Assembly (NCBI GenBank): GCA_965205015.1
Contig: OZ242029.1
Coordinates: 1,344,001-1,408,000 of the forward strand
Direction: 5' to 3'
DNA: 64,000 nucleotides
Source: Candidatus Poribacteria bacterium
GTDB taxonomy: Bacteria; Poribacteria; WGA-4E; WGA-3G
Part shown: piece after piece, positions 58,347 to 64,000 of the stretch
How positions within the stretch are numbered: position 1 is the stretch's first letter
How the letters are laid out: each line of letters opens with the position of its first letter
The notes under the pieces: model-generated
Told to the model about the DNA's origin: nothing
Databases searched by the model: none
What the model saw: only the letters and a program-made list of their open reading frames with translations
Made by a program: the position numbers and the translations under genes

Positions 58347-58835
58347 TCAAACCTTCAAAAAGGAGCCTGGGTCGGTCCACTGCCCCTTCTCACCTAAAAA
58401 CTTCACAGCCTTGTCGATTTCGATCTGACCATCTTCTGCCAATGTAATTTTAACACGTTCGAGCGGTCGCGGCGCAGGACCTTCGTAGTTAATGCCTTCC
58501 CGGTCAAAACCGCTACCGTGACAGGGGCACTTGAATTTGTTTTCAGAACCCAGCCAGCGCGGTGTGCAGCCGAGGTGTGTGCAAATCGTTAAGAGCGCGT
58601 AGAATTCACCGTCTTGCTTCCGGACAATCCAAACACCAAACGGCTCTTTTTTGAACTTTTCACTAACGCTGCCCGGTGGATATTCTGCTGGAAATCCTGC
58701 TTTAAAAACAGAGGAGGGTTCAAACAGCACGCGCGGATATAAATACCGAACCAATCCCGGGCCGAAGGTCAAGCCTAATGCTGCAACGAAATTCCCCCAG
58801 CCGAGAAATTTAAAAAACTTACGTCGAGATACCAC
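58347..58835 (-). CDS. petC: Rieske [2Fe-2S] subunit
   Basis: SRRKFF Tat-like motif; CTHLGC, CPCHGS, GPAPRPL. Confidence 0.95.
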   Translation of the reverse strand: MVSRRKFFKFLGWGNFVAALGLTFGPGLVRYLYPRVLFEPSSVFKAGFPAEYPPGSVSEKFKKEPFGVWIVRKQDGEFYALLTICTHLGCTPRWLGSENKFKCPCHGSGFDREGINYEGPAPRPLERVKITLAEDGQIEIDKAVKFLGEKGQWTDPGSFLKV

Positions 58836-58908
58836 TTATACCCCCGATCTTGTAGGCTAACGCTTACGCGTAACACCTACGAATTAACTGTAAGGTAAAC
58901 CGCAAAAG

Positions 58909-58937
58909 ATTATAACCTAATTTGAAATAAATGTCAC
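58909..58937 (-). promoter_or_regulatory. Proximal promoter GTGACA-17-TATAAT
   Basis: Near-consensus with 17-bp spacer upstream of the Rieske gene. Confidence 0.6.
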
Positions 58938-59061
58938 CAAAATCTTTCCGCATTCAAAGGTCTGCTCTGCATAGACAAGACAGAGGCATCCATTCCAGAT
59001 GGTTTCGATTAAAAGCGCACTCAACTGAAGCCAAAGCCATTTTGCGCAATGAGCGTTACAT

Positions 59062-59090
59062 ATTATAACATATCTTCAAATGTTTGTCAA
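59062..59090 (-). promoter_or_regulatory. Distal consensus promoter TTGACA-17-TATAAT for the respiratory cluster
   Basis: Perfect hexamers and spacer. Confidence 0.8.
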
Positions 59091-59335
59091 CCAATTTTTT
59101 CAATTTTTATACAGAATCCGACAAATTTGAATTGAGAGAAAATAGCAAGATGGGTAACCTATTTTACCTCGAGATGCAGTCGCCCGTTGCATTCTTTGCC
59201 TTCCCATACGAAAGTTCGTAAAATTTTGTTCAATTCCCCAACGGTTTGTGATAAAATCTAACGCAGAAATTTCCCAGTTTTCAGAGACCAATAATCCGTC
59301 AGTGACCTCACACTGATGAACAAAGGAGAATTAAG

Positions 59336-60124
59336 ATGGCTCGCTTTACAATCAGCTTAATCGTCGTCGGTTTCATGTTCGCACACCTTTGCAGTGCTGA
59401 AATCGATCCGGGATCTATTGTGGGTGCGTGGTTGTTTGATGAAACAGGTGGCAAAGTCGCCAAAGACGCATCCGATTACGGCAACGACGGTGACCTTGTC
59501 GGCGGTGCGAAATGGGTGAAGGGTAAATTCGGCAACGCTATTGAACTCAATGGAAAGGACGCTTGGGTCACTGTGCCAGAGATTGGACCGCTTGACGACT
59601 TTACACTCATGAAATGGTTCAATTCGACAGGCAGGGTTGGACTGTGGAGATGCTTCTTCAATCGTGACGGTTGGGCAGCTGGGTTTGTCCATTATCAATT
59701 CCGTCCAGATAACAAGATGGAGATGGCTATCCACTCCAACAACCCAGTGCGACATCCAGGGTGGCCCAATTCAGATTTCACGGCGGACAAAGACATCTTG
59801 GATAAATGGTTCCATCTCGCAGTCGCCTACAGCAGCACCGATGAATTCGTTCGCGTCTACTTCGATGGTGAACTCGATGCAGAGGGTAAATGGGGACCCT
59901 TGCCTGGGGAATTTGGACCCGGACGGATCGGCTCATGGGACGGTGGTGGAAGAGAGTGGGAAGGGATGTTCGACGAAATGCTACTCTTCGATGTCGCACT
60001 GGAGGAAGCGGACATTCAGTCGCTTATGGAAAACGGGTTAGAAGCCACGCTTGCTGTCGAACCGGCGGGTAAACTGACGACACATTGGGGGAAAATTAAG
60101 TTAGGGCAAACGCACAGTAGATAG
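59336..60124 (+). CDS. Secreted LamG domain protein with C-terminal VEPAGKLTTHW tail
   Basis: Signal peptide; WLFDE, KGKFG, WFHLA, FDEM; AAAGGAG RBS. Confidence 0.88.
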   Translation: MARFTISLIVVGFMFAHLCSAEIDPGSIVGAWLFDETGGKVAKDASDYGNDGDLVGGAKWVKGKFGNAIELNGKDAWVTVPEIGPLDDFTLMKWFNSTGRVGLWRCFFNRDGWAAGFVHYQFRPDNKMEMAIHSNNPVRHPGWPNSDFTADKDILDKWFHLAVAYSSTDEFVRVYFDGELDAEGKWGPLPGEFGPGRIGSWDGGGREWEGMFDEMLLFDVALEEADIQSLMENGLEATLAVEPAGKLTTHWGKIKLGQTHSR

Positions 60125-60145
60125 GCAGGAACGATGAGCAGATAC

Positions 60146-60180
60146 CCTCTGATAGGCGCGCTTTCGGGCGCGCTCGGAGG
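60146..60180. terminator. Hairpin between convergent genes
   Basis: CCTCTGA..GCGCGCT-TTCG-GGCGCGC-TCGGAGG. Confidence 0.5.
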
Positions 60181-60212
60181 TTCTGTCCGTTTACATTGTA
60201 TAATTACAGGAG

Positions 60213-60863
60213 TTAAAAAAGCGTCAGTTTTGGAATTTCGACCGCCTCCTGTAACTTTCGCACTCCCTCGGCGATATCGTCGACAAGAACTTGCCGTAGT
60301 GCTGTAAAATTCTCACCCTCCTGTCGTAGGACATAAGCAGGGTTAAACGTTGCCATAGCGAAGGGAGCGTACGTGGTATCCGTAAACCAGACACCACGTT
60401 CCTCTGTAATGCGAAAACCACGATGGATAAGCGCTTTCGCGGCAGGCGCGCCCATACAGAGAATGACTGAAGGTTGCATCACAGTCAACTCACCATCAAG
60501 CCACCTGGAACACGCCTTAATCTCTGATGCTTTCGGTGGACGGTTCTTTAGCACATCCCCTTTAGGACTCGCGGCACGACACTTAATGATGTTCGTGAGC
60601 CAAATATCGCTGCGCGTTAACCCATTTGCGGTCAAAACATCATCAAGCATATCCCCGGCAGGACCTGAAAATGGGAGTGCTGTCCGATTATCAGCAGCAG
60701 AGGGTCCCTCGGCAACAATCGCTAACTTTGCGGTGGCATTGCCGCTACCGAAAACAACATTCGCACGGGTTTTCGCCAAATCACAAGCCGTACAGACGCT
60801 TGCCCGCGTTTTGAGGGCTTGCATTTGTGTCTGAACACTACTCACTTTTTCACACCTCGCCAA
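60213..60863 (-). CDS. Uracil-DNA glycosylase family 4-like protein ([4Fe-4S]) with deviant motifs
   Basis: CTAC, VFGSG, PFSGPAG, TNIIKCR, NRPP..EI.AC; AEGPS and FNPAY in place of GEAPG and HPA. Confidence 0.85.
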   Translation of the reverse strand: MARCEKVSSVQTQMQALKTRASVCTACDLAKTRANVVFGSGNATAKLAIVAEGPSAADNRTALPFSGPAGDMLDDVLTANGLTRSDIWLTNIIKCRAASPKGDVLKNRPPKASEIKACSRWLDGELTVMQPSVILCMGAPAAKALIHRGFRITEERGVWFTDTTYAPFAMATFNPAYVLRQEGENFTALRQVLVDDIAEGVRKLQEAVEIPKLTLF

Positions 60864-60877
60864 CGAAATCTATGAAA

Positions 60878-63433
60878 CTACAGGTTGCCTCCGGAAGTTT
60901 TTGCGAAGTGAATACTGGCGTGCACTAACTGATCCGGTTGTGTCCCCGTAAATGTTAGTTTATAAATCGGTTTGTCCCAATTATATTGATAATCGCTCCC
61001 ATAGGTTGCCACATTCACAGGTAGGTAACCCTCTGGCACATGAATAAAGCAGGTGCCTTCAGCCTGTCGAAGCGGTTTGCAGACAATCATGTAACATTGG
61101 CTGTGCCGATCCCAACCCGCAGATAGAATCTCAACACCGCCCTGTGTATAGTGCATATCGGTAGCGAGGAATTGCGGCACATCTTGTTCTTCACGGAAGC
61201 AGAGCAGTTTCGCAGAACGGGGGGGGATGTTCAACAACGTTACACTGTGTGAAACCTTTCCAAGATATTGGCGCATCCAGAAGTCGTGGACGAGGAATTC
61301 CTTAGATTTGGGTATCCCAAGTGTCTCCAGTTCAAAATAGGCGTCATCCTCGTAATCGTTCCAGTTGAAAACTGCGGCGAGATACCAGGATTCACGAGGT
61401 GTTGACACGGGGAGGCACCATATTTTTGGAAAAGGTTCATCGTAAAGGTCTATTGGTGTAGCAGCCGTGCCGATGAGTGGAAAGATTTTTGCTAAGTACC
61501 CCGCACGCGAAGGCATCAGTGTTGCAAATTGGTCCGCGCACAAGACTGTCCCACCACTCAATGCAGCCGCCGTCATTTCCACAATCGCCTCGTTGACCGG
61601 ACGGGGTTCATCAATGACAATCTCACCAAAGACGTGTCCCCAGAGAACGTTATGTTCCCTCAGATGCGCTGCATATCTGCTCAAGCGATGCTTTGTCCCC
61701 CGTTGATGATGCCACGCGTCGCTTGGACGGTTACGGTTGGAAACCCCGCTGATCGTAGAAAGGGAAGGACTGAGGAGTGGGGTATTCACATCAACACTAC
61801 CAATGTACAGCCCCGGGACAGTATTGTATCCTGCCAGCAGAACATCATCCTTTAGAAGCCCCTTCTCTGACTGTGCTTCATCAATCGTCTCCCTGAGCAA
61901 TTCCCCAGCGAGGCGATAAAGTTGGACCGAGGTCAGGCGGCTATCATGCCAGTGTAAGTTGTGAGAAGCGTTCGTAAGCCCCATCGTATAAGCCGTAAAG
62001 TCGGCGTTGATGAAGGAATATCCACATTCGCCAACTATCTGTTTAATTTGTTCGCGAATACGGGACTGCACCTCTGGATGCGAAACATCCAAGAGCGCCA
62101 CCTCTTTACCGGTCTCTGGTAGGTGAACGGAGGCAGGTTTATAGCCATTACGCGCAGCGTGCCCCCGTGAATATTTTTTTCCACCCCGGGACGCAGTTTT
62201 CTCTTGTACACAATAATCTGGATGGTTTTGGACAAGCGTCGAATCAAGTGCTGCACAAAACGGATTGAACCGGATCCCCGCTTTAAAACCCTTTGCTCGG
62301 ATATGACGGGTAACCGCTTTCATTTCCTCACGATCTTGCGATACCGAGACCTCTGACCCTTGTGAAAAAATCCCCACTTCTGATTCTGAGACCGCATTCA
62401 ATTGAATAGAATTAATGCCGCCTGGACAGTTCGGCTGAAACATCGGACTCTCGGCGAGAGCGTCTATTTGAGTTAAGATCGTATCCGCATTAAGGGATCC
62501 CTCTGTATCGGAAAACGTCCACACAGTAGCGGGTGGGTCGTATTCGAGGGAGGGTTGATTCTGAGCAGGATCGTTGTCGTGCGGGCTGTTCCGCGCGGCT
62601 ATCAGTGAAATATAATGTTCATAAGCCGCAGATACTTTATCTGCAAAGTTGATGTAAGCAGTTTCAGAGGTGATTTCCTCACCGGAATTGCACAGCTGCT
62701 GACCTTCATGATAAAGTGCCCAGGGATTAACACCCGACGCGGATGACTTTTTACCTTGTCCGCGTGAACCGCGCCCCCCATTTCTATGACAGCCCACTTG
62801 AATTCGGGGCCACCATTTCTCAGTCGTCAGGAAACCGAAGACGAGTGCTTTCCCCCCTTTTGTATCGCAAATCACACCATCAGTGCTCGGATGCATAGCG
62901 TCGGTTTCACTCAGTAGAAACCCTTCATAGAGTTTTCTACTGATACCGGGAGAAACGGGTGGCGTGTTAATAAAGAGATGGCAATCCGATGGAAGCCCGC
63001 CAAGCAGCACCCCACCCCGGTTAGATGAAACCCCAAGCACCGTTAGACTATTGAGTCGAAGGGGTTCCGATTTTAGGTTTTCAACACCGACCTTAAGATG
63101 TATCGCTGGGTGTTCGGCATAACAATTGAGGTAGGTGTTTATCCGAACCCCTTTACCTGGCGCCTCATGTGAGAAGCGAACTTGGTGATACCTCCCGAAA
63201 GCGTCGGTTTTCGGAAGTTCTGTGATAAATCCGCGAGTACCAGCGTCCTCAGTCTTGATGACACTCCCATCGCCAAGGGTTATCTGCGTGCAACCATCTC
63301 GGATAATTGTGTCGCCGTTTTCATCAATATAATCCCATGTTCCTTTTGAAAGGTTAAACTTAATCTCAAATTGCGCGTGGTTTATCACGGCAAGGTTACC
63401 CCGCCGTGAAACTGTTATCACATCTGATCTCAT
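60878..63433 (-). CDS. Alpha-galactosidase (GH36/GH27 clan D)-like protein, divergent
   Basis: GFKAGIRFNPF, LDVSHPEV, INADF, ALSGG, AVFNW, HDFW. Confidence 0.65.
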   Translation of the reverse strand: MRSDVITVSRRGNLAVINHAQFEIKFNLSKGTWDYIDENGDTIIRDGCTQITLGDGSVIKTEDAGTRGFITELPKTDAFGRYHQVRFSHEAPGKGVRINTYLNCYAEHPAIHLKVGVENLKSEPLRLNSLTVLGVSSNRGGVLLGGLPSDCHLFINTPPVSPGISRKLYEGFLLSETDAMHPSTDGVICDTKGGKALVFGFLTTEKWWPRIQVGCHRNGGRGSRGQGKKSSASGVNPWALYHEGQQLCNSGEEITSETAYINFADKVSAAYEHYISLIAARNSPHDNDPAQNQPSLEYDPPATVWTFSDTEGSLNADTILTQIDALAESPMFQPNCPGGINSIQLNAVSESEVGIFSQGSEVSVSQDREEMKAVTRHIRAKGFKAGIRFNPFCAALDSTLVQNHPDYCVQEKTASRGGKKYSRGHAARNGYKPASVHLPETGKEVALLDVSHPEVQSRIREQIKQIVGECGYSFINADFTAYTMGLTNASHNLHWHDSRLTSVQLYRLAGELLRETIDEAQSEKGLLKDDVLLAGYNTVPGLYIGSVDVNTPLLSPSLSTISGVSNRNRPSDAWHHQRGTKHRLSRYAAHLREHNVLWGHVFGEIVIDEPRPVNEAIVEMTAAALSGGTVLCADQFATLMPSRAGYLAKIFPLIGTAATPIDLYDEPFPKIWCLPVSTPRESWYLAAVFNWNDYEDDAYFELETLGIPKSKEFLVHDFWMRQYLGKVSHSVTLLNIPPRSAKLLCFREEQDVPQFLATDMHYTQGGVEILSAGWDRHSQCYMIVCKPLRQAEGTCFIHVPEGYLPVNVATYGSDYQYNWDKPIYKLTFTGTQPDQLVHASIHFAKTSGGNL

Positions 63434-63586
63434 CCATTAATTTCCTTTTTTTTAGTGGCTTTCAGCAAATTGGCTAACAGCCATCAGCCATCGGGTATCA
63501 GGTACTTGTGGCTATCGGAAATCATCGACTGACGGTTCTCATCTTTCCTGACTGCTAACTGCCGAGGGCTCTTCTGTTGAAAGCCA

Positions 63587-64000
63587 TTAACTCCCGGAAG
63601 CGGCAACTGCCCAACAAGATAGGATCGCTGCGGGTTCATCTCCCACTTGAGCAAGCGAAAAGGTATCTCCAGGGGACAAGAAGAGGACATCATGGCGTTC
63701 CAAAGCACACGTTTCTCCGGTATCAGTCGTCACTTCAGCACACCCATCCCAGAGCACATAAATTGATTCGCTGTCTATCGGTTTATGTGCGAAGTTTTCC
63801 TCTTTGTTGAGATAGATGTAATCTAAGGAAAGATGTACAGAACCTTTCTGCGGAGAGACGACACTTCGCCATTCCGTGGATTTCCCAAAAACAGGCCCAC
63901 TGCGCGCCATATTGATGACTTGGACGTTACTTCGATGTCCATCTTGAGGTATGGGGGCTGCATTGGGTGTATCTCGCTCGCCGCGGTAGAGTGCCATATC
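63587..64000 (-). CDS. Cupin domain protein, partial (runs off the window end)
   Basis: HKPIDSESIYVLWDG...HDVLFLSPG cupin pattern. Confidence 0.65.
   Translation of the reverse strand, partial: DMALYRGERDTPNAAPIPQDGHRSNVQVINMARSGPVFGKSTEWRSVVSPQKGSVHLSLDYIYLNKEENFAHKPIDSESIYVLWDGCAEVTTDTGETCALERHDVLFLSPGDTFSLAQVGDEPAAILSCWAVAASGS

Noticed and set aside
58852-58880. Dedicated regulatory hairpin in the Rieske leader
   Set aside because: GTAGG...CCTAC ends resemble the REP-like repeats common in this window; no independent support for regulation.
60213-60863. UdgX call
   Set aside because: Lacks the KRRIH R-loop with the covalent His.

Overview
Bacterial chromosomal window with almost all genes on the minus strand. 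The gene content (secreted LamG proteins ending in a KLxTxW tail, PQQ-like propeller, tandem serine hydrolases, many short palindromic repeats) suggests Ca. Poribacteria; this is an inference, not tested. The dominant feature is a co-directional ~33 kb run from 58835 down to 26012. It holds a split b6-type Rieske/cytochrome b complex with an octaheme cytochrome c, a CydA-like (bd-superfamily) oxidase with no CydB flanked by c-type cytochromes and two cupredoxin-like proteins, a complete A1-type heme-copper oxidase with assembly factors, and a USP/PCP_red/rubredoxin + Mrp + Zn-ribbon/PCP_red tail interrupted by a type II R-M pair and a HEPN-like (Ymh) gene. The left part encodes a lipid kinase, a large S8 protease, a double-domain ABC binding protein with a structured leader, an intact ISAs1, a NatAB-like ABC transporter, three beta-lactamase-fold hydrolases, a frameshifted tnpB element and oxidoreductases. 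Several families of palindromic repeats are present, and some sit in-frame inside genes. No tRNA, rRNA or CRISPR array was seen. All family calls come from motif recognition, not database searches.
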